The notes: generated by a model from the sequence alone, not told the origin. A DNA stretch of 64,000 nucleotides from Azolla caroliniana (GCA_043228905.1 JBHGNT010000001.1:6200001-6264000), one strand, 5' to 3'. Shown: positions 1 through 13,800, counted from the stretch's first letter. A program made the numbers and translations.

Positions 1-40
1 ACATTATGGTATCATCAATTAAAAGAGAATGCCAAAAGAA

Positions 41-225
41 GATTTCAATGTTGTGTCATTTCTCAAAGCTTGTGCTTAGTGGAAGGATCTTTGTGAAGGT
101 TCTAGAATACATGCATATATTGTGAGAAAAAGGGTTGCTTGAAAAATGCTCGTATGTAGCAACATTTTTTTATCAGCATGTATGCTAATGTGGTGCTCTT
201 TTGAAAGCACAAAAACTGCTCAGAA
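41..225 (+). pseudogene. Degenerate PLS-class PPR gene fragment
   Basis: Translates across stops and frameshifts as FNVVSFLKACA*WKDLCEGSRIHAYIVRK/GLLEKCSYVATFF/ISMYA/CGALLKAQKLL, matching the L-S motif pattern of PLS PPR proteins (LKAC...G..IH..I...GL......LISMYAKCG.L.KA). Confidence 0.65.
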
Positions 226-345
226 AGTTGCCAAGCTAAAATGTTATATTGTGGAATGGAGTGAGAACCATAGGTGTAGAGCGATTCCTATGTCCAAAAG
301 TTTTATTACAGCCATTTGTCATCGGCATAGAGGCTGCAAATATCC

Positions 346-474
346 ATGAAGTGTGATGTGGATATCCGGAAATACCTCTATGGTAATGTTGTGCTTAGTG
401 GAGGATCCACTATGTTTCCTAGCATTTCTGCTAGGATGAGCAAGGAGATAACGACACTTGCACCTAGTTGTATG
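346..474 (+). pseudogene. ACT: Actin gene fragment
   Basis: [43 protein letters not shown] closely matches the actin segment [43 protein letters not shown]. No flanking actin sequence is present. Confidence 0.9.
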
Positions 475-515
475 TGTCTGGATTTGAAGCTCTATCTTTG
501 CATCGCTCTTAGCAT

Positions 516-748
516 CAGAATCGGAAATGTTTTTAGGTCCTTCTCTCATGAATGGATGGATGGATTTATGGTTGGCATTAGCTTTGTTTTGGTGGTGGTG
601 TTGTTCTGACCGAACCAACCATCATGTTTGAAGCAAAACCAGAATTGAAAATGTTTTTAGGTCCTCTCCTCATGAATGGATGGATGGATTTATGGTTGGC
701 ATTAGCTTTGTTTTGGTGGTGGTGTTGTTCTCACCGAACCAGCCATCA
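516..748. repeat. ~110-bp direct duplication (516-624 and 640-748)
   Basis: aatgtttttaggtcc...catgaatggatggatggatttatggttggcattagctttgttttggtggtggtgttgttct...ccgaacca.ccatca occurs twice. Confidence 0.9.
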
Positions 749-1156
749 ACTTTTGTATTGCTAATGATTTTATAATACCAAGGTGTATCTTTTCTTTGGA
801 AGTTTCATAGTATTGTGACAAGGCAAGGAGTTTCACTACACTTTGTACTCTGGAGATGCGACAATGTCAATGCTGTAAAATCCTTTTTTTAACATTAAAA
901 TTGGTGGTGTATATGTCATGAACCTAAGTTCGAATAAATACAATATCAAACAATTGGTTGAGACTTGGAACCCACAACTTTCAATCGTGAAGACACAAGC
1001 GCGATGATGTATTTTAGTTCGAGAATGGTAATAAACAAACGAGGGTAGTCTTCAAGCATTTGTTTTGAAAGCAAACAACTTGTGGAAGGGGGGGACATAT
1101 GTTATGGAGGGAATGGTCATGTTTCTTTTTTCTTGATGGAAGCGGTTGCCATGGGT

Positions 1157-1418
1157 TGGCAACGGTTCGGTTTTACCTTAACTGATTTGGAAGTTCTCAA
1201 ACTTGAACCAAACTGGTTAAGCCTAAACTGGTTTGGACAAGCCCTTTAGCCTTAACCGATTCGTAAACCGGTTTGAACATATCCAATTCAGTTCGGCTTG
1301 AGCGTTGCCAAATCGAGCTCAAACTGGTTTACAAAGCGAGCTGAGCCGAGCTGCAAAACCTTTTAAAAACAATATAACGGCTTGGTTTAGGCGTCAACCG
1401 AGCCATTGCCGACTCCTA
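1157..1418. mobile_element. hAT-type MITE, left terminus eroded, upstream of SYF1
   Basis: Right TIR ...gagccattgccgactccta matches the element at 14791. The left end tggcaacggttcgg lacks the first TIR bases. It is flanked by catgggt on both sides (1150-1156, 1419-1425) and rich in AAACCG/CGGTTT subterminal motifs. Confidence 0.75.
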
Positions 1419-1752
1419 CATGGGTAGCAGAGCGATATGTGTTTTTAGGTAGTGTGTAGCCGAGAGGTGCCACCATGAGAAGGTTATGGGGTCCAAAATC
1501 ATATTTTCCATAAAAGATAAACCTTGTTTTCTAATATGGGGATATACATACATACATTATACATATACACATGTATGTATGTATGTGTGTATATACATAT
1601 AATATATATATATATTAAGATTTATTGCTCTGTTTTGCTTCTCTGCTTCAGACTGAAGGAGGAAGAAGGAAAAAACCGGAGGAAGGAGGCGAAGAAGGGA
1701 CAGACGGAAACAGAAAAATTGACAGAAAGACATACTGTAGCGGAGGGAGGAT

Positions 1753-4700
1753 ATGGCATCTTCCATCATACCTCAAGATCTTTACCCTTCAGAAGAAGAC
1801 CTAATCTTTGAAGAAGAGATTCTTCGGAATCCGTTCACTCTGAAGCTATGGTGGCGTTACCTAGCCGCGCGCAGAGATTCACCTTTCAAGAAGAGGAAAA
1901 TACTCTACGAAAGAGCATTAAAAGCTCTACCTGGAAGCTATAAACTATGGCATGCATACCTTCGTGAAAGAACAGAACTGGTGAGAGATCTTCCTATTAA
2001 CCATGAGCAATACGTAGACCTTAACAACACATTTGAGAGAGCTCTGGTCACTATGCACAAAATGCCTAGGATTTGGACTATGTATCTCGAGGTTTTAACA
2101 CATCAAAAGCTTATAACTAGATCTCGTCGAGCGTTTGATAGAGCTATGTGTTCATTACCAGTTACTCAACACGATAGGATATGGGAACCTTACCTCAAGT
2201 TTGTGAGTCAATCCGATGTTCCTATTGAAACTTCTCTTAGGGTTTATCGAAGATATTTGAAGTTTGATCCGAGTCATATTGAAGAGTTTATTGAGTTCCT
2301 TGTATCTGCACAAAGGTGGCAAGAGGCGTCGGATCGGCTTGCTGAAGTACTGAATGATGAAGGATTTCAATCAATCAAAGGGAAAACAAGACATCAATTA
2401 TGGTTAGAGCTTTGTAATTTACTCACAAAACATGCTAATGAGGTTTCGGGTCTTAAAGTGGATGCTATCATAAGGGGAGGTATTCGTAAGTTCACTGATG
2501 AGGTAGGACGCCTTTGGACCTCTCTAGCCGATTATTACATCCGAAGAGGTTTGTTTGAGAAGGCTAGAGACATCTATGAAGAGGGTATGATGAGTGTTGT
2601 AACTGTTAGAGATTTTAGTATGATTTTTGATGCTTATAGTCAGTTTGAAGAGAGTATGCTCTCAGCAAAGATGGAAACTTTGGATGTGGCTGACGATGGA
2701 GGAGAATTAACTGAGACCGAAAGCAAAAAGAATGGCTTACATGATGTGGATGAACATGTTAAATCGCAAAAAGGGCCTCTCACAGAGATTGATTTGAGAG
2801 AGTTGCCTAATTTTTGGTTGAATGATACAAATGACATAAATTTAAGATTGGCAATATTAGAAAACCTTATGGAAAGAAGGCCAGAACTTGTAAGCAGTGT
2901 TCTTCTTAGACAGAATCCGCACAATGTTCATGAATGGCATAAGAGAGCAAAGCTCTTCGTCGAAAATCCTGCTCGACAAATTTTGACTTATACAGAGGCT
3001 GTAAGAACAGTGGATCCTTTAAAAGCAGTTGGAAAACCACACACTCTTTGGATAGCTTTTGCTCATTTATATGAGAAATACAATGATCTTGCAAATGCGA
3101 GGGTTATCTTTGAGAAGGCAGTTCAAGTAAACTATAAGACTGTTGATGATTTGGCCACAGTTTGGTGTGAATGGGCAGAGACAGAGATAAGGCATAAGAA
3201 TTTCAAAAAAGCCCTTGCTTTGTTGGAAAGAGCTACTACTGAACCATCTGTTGTAGTTAAACGCCGAGGTATTCTTCTTACTTTGAAAACTTGCGCAAGT
3301 TTGTTTTTAGTTTAGCTGAGTAATAAGCAATGGCGTTTTTTGGGTACGATAGTTATATTTACTGACCTTCTGTATTTTGGGTGTGACACAGTACAAGCAG
3401 AAGGCGATGAACCTGTTCAAATGAAGCTTTATAGGTCTCTCAAAGTTTGGTCTTTTTATGTTGACCTGGTAGAAAGCTTAGGATCATTAGAAGCCACCCG
3501 TGCTATTTATGAGAGAATTGTTGATTTGAAAATAGCAACACCACAAATGATAATAAATTTCGCTTTGTTACTTGAGGTATTGAAGACATATCTCCAGCTG
3601 CATTCTAGCCTGTCATTACATGGGAGTTATGGTTCTTAACGGACTTCTTTTTCCCCCTATTTTTGCAGGATCACAAGTACTTTGAAGATGCATTCAAGGT
3701 TTATGAGAGAGGAGTGCAAGTATTTAAGTATCCACATGTCCGTGATATTTGGGCTACTTATCTCTCAAAGTTTGTGAAGAGATATGGAGGGAAGAAACTT
3801 GAAAGAGCAAGAGATTTGTTTGAGCAAGCCGTGGAAAAGGTAGGTCTTTTATTATTATTTCATGTTTTTCTTCTTTTTTGTGGCTACAGAAAGTCTCAAT
3901 TTTCATTTCTTCAGGCACCAGCGGAAGATGTTAAATCCTTGTATTTACAATATGCAAAGCTTGAAGAAGATTATGGTTTGGCTGGAAGAGCAATGAATGT
4001 TTATGAACGAGCAGTGAAGGCAGTTCCAAACAATGAGAAAATGGGTGTTTATGAGATCTATATAGCTCGTGCTGCCGAATTTCTTGGTGTTCCGAAAACT
4101 CGGATTATATATGAGGTATTTATGCAACGGTTCCTTCTCATTATGTTGCCTAAATATTTTTCAAAATTATGCTTTTTATGTTTGATGCATTACATCTAGT
4201 CAATCATATCTTTATATGATTTATCTATACTCCTGAACGTTTAGGCTTTGGAATGTAATTCATCATTCACATGATAAAATGGAACAGACACAAATCATAA
4301 CCCTTGGGATTTATGCTGTACATATAATACATTAAATCTTCCAGTTCTTGTTTTGCTGTATTATTTTGTGTCTTAATGTATGCTGGGGGCATGTTTATTA
4401 TGTGAGAGTTTGCATGAGATAGATCATAGGACTGGATGGCAGTTATAGTCATACGGCAACAGAAATAGAGAATAGTGGTTACAGGAACAGAAATAGGGAA
4501 TGGGGCATGTAGATTGAGTGTGAATGGCTCGGAATATCATTTAAGAATGGCTTGGGATGTCATTTAAGAAACATTATTGTTTACAACAAAAAACAAGGCT
4601 TACCATCATAGATTAAAAAATGCAAATAAAAAATAAATAAATTGAAAAACAAGAAAGAAATGGTGTGAGAAGCAAAGAACACAACTCATAAAATATGTCA

Positions 4701-5125
4701 TGATTGCAAATCTAACCAAATGGCCATTCCTTGTGTGTTACATCCATTTTGCCCTTGAACCATTCCATTCCCCATTTATGATGACTGTGTTATTCGGAAT
4801 TGGAGGCATGACGAAGGAGAAATCTTTACTATTACTGTAGCCCTAGATGTGTCCGTAAGGGTTCAAAAAATATAATCCATGCTATGTATGTTCTTCAATC
4901 TTGAGATTGACTTCTTTTATAGTATTTGTAGGTTTGATCTTTCCTAAGATCCTTTACTGTAGTCGATGTATCTTATTTATCGAATTATAGTAGTTTTTAT
5001 TTATGATAATAATTCAATCTCTAATGGGCCAAATTCTGATCAGTAAAGAAACCATCTGAAACATGTTTATTATGAAAACAAAATCTGGTTGGTTTTTTAT
5101 CTATAGCTTACTTATGGAATGAGTT

Positions 5126-5185
<60 letters not shown>

Positions 5186-7386
5186 TCTAAAAAACTAATG
5201 AGAGCAAATTCCTGTGGCTGGGTGCTTGACATTGTGAAATGGTTTAAGAGATGGGGTGTAAAAGATCTATTGGAGCTCTCAGGCGATGCTCTGAAAGTAT
5301 GTGATAATTGAGGATAGTTTAACTATATGCATTAAGGATGAAGTGCCTAGATGCTAAAATATCAAAATTGGAATATTTCATTGCAAATATTATCCCCCAA
5401 TGTTGGTCCCAATACAAGGCAAAAATGCGGGAACGTCTAATGAAGGAAATCTTTTGGAAAAAAAAATGCGGGAAAGTATCCAATCACATCTCACTACCTG
5501 CCATGAGCCTTAACACTTCTTCAAACTCACTCACACAAGTTAGTTGTTGAGGTAGCATCATGGCATCATCACCCAAATATGAAGATATGCAAAGTCCGCA
5601 ATGAAAACCTAGTAGAGGATGAATATTATATAAGGTAATTTGTGAGAAATATGATGACTTGTTAGACTGGCATGATAATGCGAGTGTCATACTCAAATGT
5701 CTGCCACGAAGGGTGAGCACATATGTGCATGCATTTTTTTCACATTGAGAGTTTTTACCACAATAGTAACCATCCTTCTTAGGAAGGAGCCACATACAAG
5801 ACGATACATTGATTTGGTCCCATAGGTCAAAATTGGCCTCATCATGGATGATAAAATATCTATTCTATTCTTCTATCCTTACTGCAGGCATTCCAACCTT
5901 TAGCCGACCTCATTAGAATCATGAAATAATTGTGGAAACTTTTGTTCTGTTGACTGTGTATCATTATGTTTTAAGTTGAGCGTTTTTAAATTTTTTGATA
6001 TCACAATTTGTGCAGAAAGCAATTGAGTCAGGGCTTCCAGACAAGGATGTGAAGGCAATGTGCCTCAAGTTTGCTGATTTTGAAAGGAATCTTGGAGAGA
6101 TAGACCGTGCTCGTGCTGTGTACATTCATGCCTCTCAGATGGCTGATCCACGTTCAGATACCGACTTCTGGCAGAAATGGAACGAGTTTGAAATACAACA
6201 TGGAAATGAGGACACTTTTAGAGAGATGTTAAGGATTAAGCGGAGTGTGTCTGCTAGCTATAGCCAGGTACTTGAAAATAACCTATGTAGCTTGTTTTGG
6301 TGTTGCCTGAAATAGATGGAGAAAAGAAATGAACACCGATGAACAAATGAAAAGAAATTTTAAAAAATGAGGAAAAAATTGGAAACAATAAGGTTGAAAA
6401 ATGACAAATGAGAAAATGCTGAAACATGAAAAGGGTGTGAAAATATTAGACAGTGGCTTATATTTTTTTGGTCTTTCCAGATGCATAGCTATAGCCAGAT
6501 ACTTGAAAATAACCTATGTAGCTTGTTTTGGTGTTGCCTGAAATAGATGGAGAAAAGAAATGAACACCGATGAACAAATGAAAAGAAATTTTAAAAAATG
6601 AGGAAAAAATTGGAAACAATAAGGTTGAAAAATGACAAATGAGAAAATGCTGAAACATGAAAAGGGTGTGAAAATATTAGACAGTGGCTTATATTTTTTT
6701 GGTCTTTCCAGATGCATAGCTATAGCCAGATACTTGAAAATAACCTATGTAGCTTGTTTTGGTGTTGCCTGAAATAGATGGAGAAAAGAAATGAACACCG
6801 ATGAACAAATGAAAAGAAATTTTAAAAAATGAGGAAAAAATTGGAAACAATAAGGTTGAAAAATGACAAATAAGAAAATGCTGAAACATGAAAAGGGTGC
6901 GAAAATATTAGACAGTGGCTTATATTTTTTTGGTCTTTCCAGATGCATTTCATTCTACCAGAGTACCTCATGCAAAAAGAGCAAGGAAAAGCTTCTGAAG
7001 AAGGAGGAGATGCCATTAGACGTGTGGGTGCACCTGAGGATGAGATGGCAGCTCTTGAACGCCAGCTTGCACCAGCTGTCATACCGGCATTACAAGGAGG
7101 AACACGAGCTCTTGGTTTTGTGAGTGCTGGGATAGAGATCCAAGGAAGTGCTGGAGAAGTAAAGAATCCTGATGAGATAGAGCTTGGAGAAGAAGATGAA
7201 GAAGAAGTTGAGGAGAGTGAGAACATCGAAGTTACTCAAAAGAAAGTGCCAGATGCTGTATATGGAGATCTGGCAGAGGCAGCAAAGAAGTTGTTGCAGA
7301 ATGATGAGGGAGGGAAGCAGAGATCAAGGGAGAGTGACGAGCCGATGGGTGCTTTAGAAAGGTTTAAAAGGCAAAGGCAACAGTGA
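1753..7386 (+). CDS. SYF1: Pre-mRNA splicing factor SYF1/XAB2 (HAT repeats, NTC/IBC), ~922 aa; exons 1753-3268, 3392-3576, 3669-3839, 3915-4115, 6016-6267, 6943-7386
   Basis: N-terminus EEEILRNPFTLKLWWRYL...YERALKALPGSYKLW, LLRQNPHNVHEW, HGNEDTFREMLRIKRSV, NPDEIEL and terminal GALERFKR are SYF1 signatures. All introns are GT-AG and the exon phases join in frame (1516+185+171+201+252+444 nt). Confidence 0.95.
5130..5179. repeat. (CT)n microsatellite in SYF1 intron 4
   Basis: Direct reading. Confidence 0.95.
6255..6948 (+). repeat. Three tandem 231-bp copies of the last SYF1 intron plus 18 nt of flanking exon
   Basis: Acceptor ...gtctttccag ends at 6480, 6711 and 6942. Donor positions are 6268 (GT), 6499 (AT) and 6730 (AT). 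The period is exactly 231. Confidence 0.97.
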
Positions 7387-10300
7387 ATAACTTGATCTAC
7401 AATAAATGAGGGTATACGATTGTTAGTTTGGATTGCTCTCATAAAGCACACTCGTTTTCCTTCCGGTCGGAGCAAAACCACATGTGGGCATACATACCCT
7501 TGAGAACATTGTATACTCCCTAGAAACTATTTTCAGGAAATATTTCTTCTATTTTGGGAAGTTACCTCTCAGTAAGTGGTCGCCAGTGTACTTTGGGGAA
7601 ACAGAAGCTTTTCTCACTAACATAGGGTACTAATATTCTCTTTCTAACATGCATTAGGTACTTGTACAAGATTGAAGGCGCTTGTGATTATAATATAATC
7701 ACTTGAGTAAATGTGTGAAAGACACCTCAGTGAAAATTTTAATGCGAGTTTTAACCATAGAATATCGAACAGTACTGTTGAACAATTTGTTACTTGGTTC
7801 ATGTGGATGCCTTACAGGCAGAAAGAATGTAATTTTGATTGTTTGTAGTATTCTTTTGCATGGAGTGGCATTATCTTGTTCATCTGGTAACAAACAGAAA
7901 GAATGTAATTTATTGTTTGTTTGTGTCTAAATGGTTGTGTAATCACTTTTCTTTTGGAAGGAATGATATTTGGCCTTAGCTAGTTTGACGACAACATAAT
8001 GTACCAGGTATGAAATACTTTAGCCCACATCAGCCTTTGCTGCATAAACACTTCATCCAACTGTAGGGTCTCAAAATAGATTTACTAAGAACAGAGTTAT
8101 GTTTTTTATAGAGGATAATTGAAAATTTGAGAGAATAATAGGCTTACCCTGACCAAGGTGAAGTGAATTTTGCCAATTGTCAGCTAGAATCAACTTAATT
8201 GTTCTGTATACATTGATTGGCTGACTAGTCGTCAAGAGTTCCATACATCCCTTGAAAGAGGGAGAGAAAGAGAGATTTGTGGTAATGTTATTCTTCTTTG
8301 TTGATGAGGCGTAGAATCACTATACTACCCCACCTCTCCTTTGGTTTTTAAGGGATACTAGCTCCACCTCTGCTTTGATTTTGAAGGGATGTTAGCTTTG
8401 TGTCTTGGGGTTCTCTTGGATTGATGTTGCCACGTTAAGAGTGAGCATGGTGTTGGGTTTTGGAGTTTTAATGACTCAACATATTTGCTACACAAATTAG
8501 GGTCATGCAAACGTAATTTGCCAAATTAACATTAAAACAATCCTAGGAATAATCGACTTGCTACATATTTTCGTATTTATTTTCATATAAGTAAACATGC
8601 TTCCAATTATGTTTAATACTAAATGTTTTTTATTAAGGCCATTCTAAAATCATCAAATGCGGGTCATTTATTTAGACTTTGGCATGAGAACAACAAACTC
8701 AAATAGGTGCCGTAACAACATGATTGAAAGCTCCATATGAACATGATAACGATCCTTGTACATGTTACATCATAAAGTCCAAATCTATCATCTAGGACGG
8801 CACATTGAGTTAGTTGTATTAAATACATATGTCCACTGATGGGAGAATCTTATCTTGTAAACCAAGGCTAATAAAATAGGCATCGCTACTATGATGGAAT
8901 ATAGACTTACTTACAAAAGGATAAACGCACAACATTGCTCACAAATATGAGGGTGTAAATCTTTCCTTTAATACAAATTCTCGAGGGTACTTTCTCTTTA
9001 GTTACTACAATTTAATTGTGTATTGTGCTCTTGTTATGTGCTTACCTACTTTCCTTTAATCCAAATCATCCTTGACATTCTTCGACACAAACCCAATCTA
9101 CCCTAACCATTCTTAAATAGATGCCCAAAGCATGTTTGTATGCATGACACATACACCCCCACATCTAGTGTATCCACATGTAATGTTGCATGCTGGATAT
9201 GGAGGGGCCAAAAAAACCCACCAAAACCCAATTCATATTGGGCTACTTCCATAAGTCTTGTATGTTTGAGGACCTCTTCTAAAGCACATTCAACAATGTA
9301 GAGAGTGAAACAAGGGTGGATCTCCTTGATGGAGTGACTAGACTCTACCGTAGTTGAATACACAAATTCTAGGATTGGCCCCTAGGCCAACAACAATATG
9401 ATCCAACTTTCAACACCTCATAAACCCTACTTTCAAGAGCTAAAAATGTTACACTAAGATGGCAAGTTTTGTGCGGACAAAGACATTGAGGAGAATGCCA
9501 TGTTATTCTTAGTCTAGAACATAGACCACTTAGCTTAATGCCTCAACGCCCCCCGACAAAGACCTATTGAAACCAACCAAATTTGGTCTTTCCCTAGACG
9601 GTTCAATTACTTCTTTCTAGTTTGCCCATGTTGCTTGGAAAATATAGATAGATTTCATACAAGCCTAGGTAGTCCCTCTTTGGCTACAGGTATGGTGGCA
9701 TTACGATCAATGGCATGACATTGTGGGTCCTTATGTGTTTAATGCTTAGTGAAACCTATTGGAGATATGTTTTTGAGTGAACATACATAGACAAAATTAA
9801 TTGCACATAAAATGTTTGGCAATGATTAAAAGGGCTCTAATAGTTAAACGTTTTAAGATAACCCTCATACACACTATTGTTTCACATCTTAGCAATACAC
9901 ATGAAGATAAGACACATAAAATGAGCATTTAAAAACCTTCTTCCTTGCTATATGTGAATTAACAACTTGCTTAGGGAAAATTTGAGACATTTGCAAATAT
10001 TACTATCTTTTTTTTCTATTTTAGTCTTAATATGTTTCATGTATGTCACATATTAGCACTCCAATTTTGTATCCGATAGGTGTCGATGCCCTTGGGTTAT
10101 AAATGTGAAGATTCCAATAATAGAAACGCTCAATAGAATAACCATTTACTTACATTCATCTTATAAGCTATTATGTACATGACTAATGTGCCCATGCCTT
10201 TATTGCACGCAATATTTTTTGTTTGTATCATTGTAGAAAAATGACTTTGACATTCATATAATTGTTAAAGAAGAGGTTATTTTTAAATTGTATTTTGTAT

Positions 10301-11789
10301 AGGTGTTTCAATATTTTGAAACCCATAAATTGCTCAATGGTTGTCATCACAACTTCATTCCATGGTTAACCATATGTTTAATGTCCACCTAGTTAAGTTG
10401 GATTTGCAATCACATCATATAATGAGAAGGGATTGCAATTATAAGACAAATATATTTGCATTTATCATTGTTTTTGTTTCTAATCTTTTGACGATATTAT
10501 TTATTTATCCAATATGTTTATGATCATCTTCCATTGATGACTAACCTCTTTGGTGATAGGGAGATGCACTTCATTAAGTGAAGAACATGTTTATTTTTTC
10601 CAAAAAAGGAAAAGAAGAAGAAGAAAAAGAACGTGTTGGTTCATGTACTTATGAATCTATACAACAACCATATCAAACTGATATCTTATACTTTTTACAT
10701 GATAAGAATGGTTGGCTTTATTGTAAAATAAGCAGTCCAACTTGTTAGGGAAACATCACATAATCCATACTTTCCATGGAATAGGGTTTACACATACAGA
10801 TGCGGTCGTGTTTAATATGGCATACCAAACCATAACCGACCTAAATTCAGTTATCCATTTATAACAACAACATTAAAATCATTTTTTTGTTTTGTTTTTT
10901 TCAAAAGCTCTGCATTCGGTTATTTGTATAAATGGATACTTTTAAACCAATTTGGTGATATCTGGTCATTTAACAAAGATGCACATACTAATGTCATGCA
11001 TCAGAAGAGTTTTATAAGTAGGCCAAACAACAATGATTTTAATAATGCATTGACTTAACTAGAAAATGTAAGGTCATTAATTGACACCAATGGGTTTTTT
11101 ATGAAAGATAGAATTACATTCTTCTCTTTAACATGGAATTGTAGGACGTTAAGAGAACCAAACGTTCCTATGATTTGTTTGTTCATCAAATTTCAATTAG
11201 AATAAAACGTTTCAATAGCATGCCTGCATTTAGTACAAAATTTGGTAATATATAAATTGTGTGCTCAATAAGCTTTACTGTTACATGGAAATGCTTTGTA
11301 CTATGGTAGCAAGTTTCGTAAATTCCATCTAGACCATGTTTATTACTTCTATTGCTGAAAGTGTTTCTACATTCAAATCAGATTCGTTCTTTTAATACTT
11401 CACACAATGCCATTTGCAATTGAAAATCATTCTAGAAAATCTAAATAGTGAGGCCAATTAGTTCAATTAGAAATGCAAAATAAAAAAACTTATATGTCTA
11501 AATCCACTTATTTTTTCAAATATGGTGCACAATGCTATGTGCAAATGCAAACGTTGTTGGCATCTAAATAATAAGGAAACTTTCTACTATTAGTTCAATT
11601 TGAGCACTCCATGAAAATCTTGCAATTTAAGTTTTTTGGCAAGAACAATGTTCCTTGTTTCAAATTTAGACCAATAGTTGTAGTTGTTTGAAACTTGGAT
11701 AGGGTCTTTATGCCTTGGATGACAAGAATTATCTATGGAAGTGAAAGGAAATCCGATAATGAACATTAGGATTATTAAAGCTTTGATTT

Positions 11790-13800
11790 TGGATGCCTTC
11801 GTAGGAATTCAAGTGGATTCCTGATGGAACCACTACTCGCTACTTAGGCTGTCAAGTGGGACTTCATGTTAATGCATCTATGTTAGTTGCTCCTCTACTT
11901 GTAAAGTTAAGGAAAAAATTGTTGCTTTGGGATTCAATTAACCTGTCATTTGCAGGTCGTGTACTTCTAGCTAATCAAGTTCTTCTAGCAACTATTTGGT
12001 ACATTGCTTCTACTACGTTGTTTGCTAGATCATGTATTTTGCAGGTGCAACGCCTCATTCGCAATTACATTTGGGGAGGAAAAACAACTCAAGATAAAAG
12101 GCCTAAATTAGCTTGGGCAGTATTGATTGCTCCACGACAAAATGGTGGGTTGGGGTTGGTGGATCCGGAATCACAATGTAAGGCTTTGCTTTCTAAATTT
12201 GTGTGTAGAGCTATGTTGCCAATGCAAGGTGTTTGGAGTCAGTTGATGATGCATAAGCTACCTACTGTGTTCGACAATAGGTGAAATGTGGCAACCCTCA
12301 TTAAGGTGGGTCTTTATTAAGAATTTTCATTTGTTTAAAACAACCTTATCATAAAATAGATTTTTTAATGGAATTCTCACAAGTTGGTCAGTTGTTAAAA
12401 ATTTTCTAGTTTGGAGGATGTCTTTGACAACGGATGACTTGTTGAAACAGCCTTTGACCTAGAATTTTCTCTCCTCTTATGCAAGGAGTTTTCTACCTCG
12501 TAGCCGCCTCAACTGAATTGGGCTTCTTCGGATGCATCAGTTGTAGGTAATGTTCTATCATGGGGATGCTATGTTATGAATCAACCGTTACAATCTTTGT
12601 CGATGCTTTCAGTTCGAGGAGGTGCTAATATGTGCAATGATATGCAAGTGGCATTGGGACAATTTATGGCTTCATGGTCCCCATCTAGCAATCAGATTTG
12701 GTTTGGTTATTTCTCTCCTTTAAAAGTTATTTTAGGAGCTAAAGTAACTAACATTGCAGGTGATGCTAGATACTTTAATGTGGATGATGATGGTAGGTTG
12801 TGGCATGTATTTTTTGCATTAGATGCGTGGATGTCCGCTAATGTTTCAATTATTCGAGTAGTTGCAAGATATGGAAAAAAATGGTTCTTAGATCCACCGT
12901 TTCAAGAATGCTTGTTGTGTTTCTCATTGTGGGTTTTTCAAAAAAGCCTCTTTACAATTTGGACTGGGATCCAGCTGATTATCAAGGCGAGTGCTGGTGG
13001 AAATGGTAAAATTTTGGAAATTTTCCAGTATTCGGTTAAGCTAGGTATAAATTTTTTGTTGCAATCAAAGTATAAATGCCCTACGACCATGAATCATTGG
13101 ACTGCAAATAATGTGCATGCATTGCAACTCACCAAATTTTGGAAATGGTTGTTGATGCATTATGCTCTTCTTGTTGGTGATTGGTTTACGCAAAATTAGC
13201 AATATGCTTGTAGAATGCATTGTGGTGCATCTATGGAATCTATTTTGCATGTGTTTTGGTTATGTCCCAAGATCAAGCAATTTTGGGGCAAGTTGTTTTT
13301 ATTAATGAGACAACATTATTCTAGTTCTATTTTCTCGTGGGGTGTAGTATTATAGAGTGTCCTTCATGGAGATGTTATGAAGTATGAAAGTAGGCATGGT
13401 TCTCATGTCTTTCACTTTTCCCATGGACACCTCTATCTCACCTCATTTCCATATTCTATTTGATGGTTTAGAATTGAAAATCTGGTTATTTGGTGTACTA
13501 TTATGTTATTGACTCTTTGGATAATATGGAAAGGGAGATGTGATGTTGTTTTTAATAATGCTCACATACATCTCCACACCATGCGTATTGAATTCTGGTT
13601 GTTATTTGTCCATACACTACATGGTCAATATGATGATCTGCAGGGTTTAACTGATGTTCTATGGCAACATCAAGTGGCCTTTAAGAAACAATGGCAAGGG
13701 CTTCACTTAATTTCAAATATAGCTTCTCGTTTGAGGTGGAATTATGCTATACCTTCTCTTTTGTTGCATAGCTCGTAGTTTTTGCTCCACTTGTTTCTTA
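11790..13800 (+). mobile_element. 5'-truncated, decayed L1-type LINE (ORF2 C-terminal region with zf-RVT)
   Basis: RYLGCQVG...LSFAGRVLLANQVLLATIWY...LIRNYIWGG...LAW..LIAPRQNGGLGL; CRMHCGASMESILHVFWLCP..KQFW (zf-RVT); TLWIIWKGRCDVVFN. Many stops and frameshifts. Confidence 0.85.

Noticed and set aside
6499-6942. AT-starting intron copies as U12 (AT-AC) introns
   Set aside because: The donor reads ATACTTG rather than ATATCCTT, the ends are AG, and no U12 branch site is evident; simple GT>AT loss is more parsimonious.
6283-6948. Repeated 66-67 aa minus-strand ORFs, or a CRISPR-like array
   Set aside because: By-products of the 231-bp intron repeat; there are no unique spacers and the context is eukaryotic.
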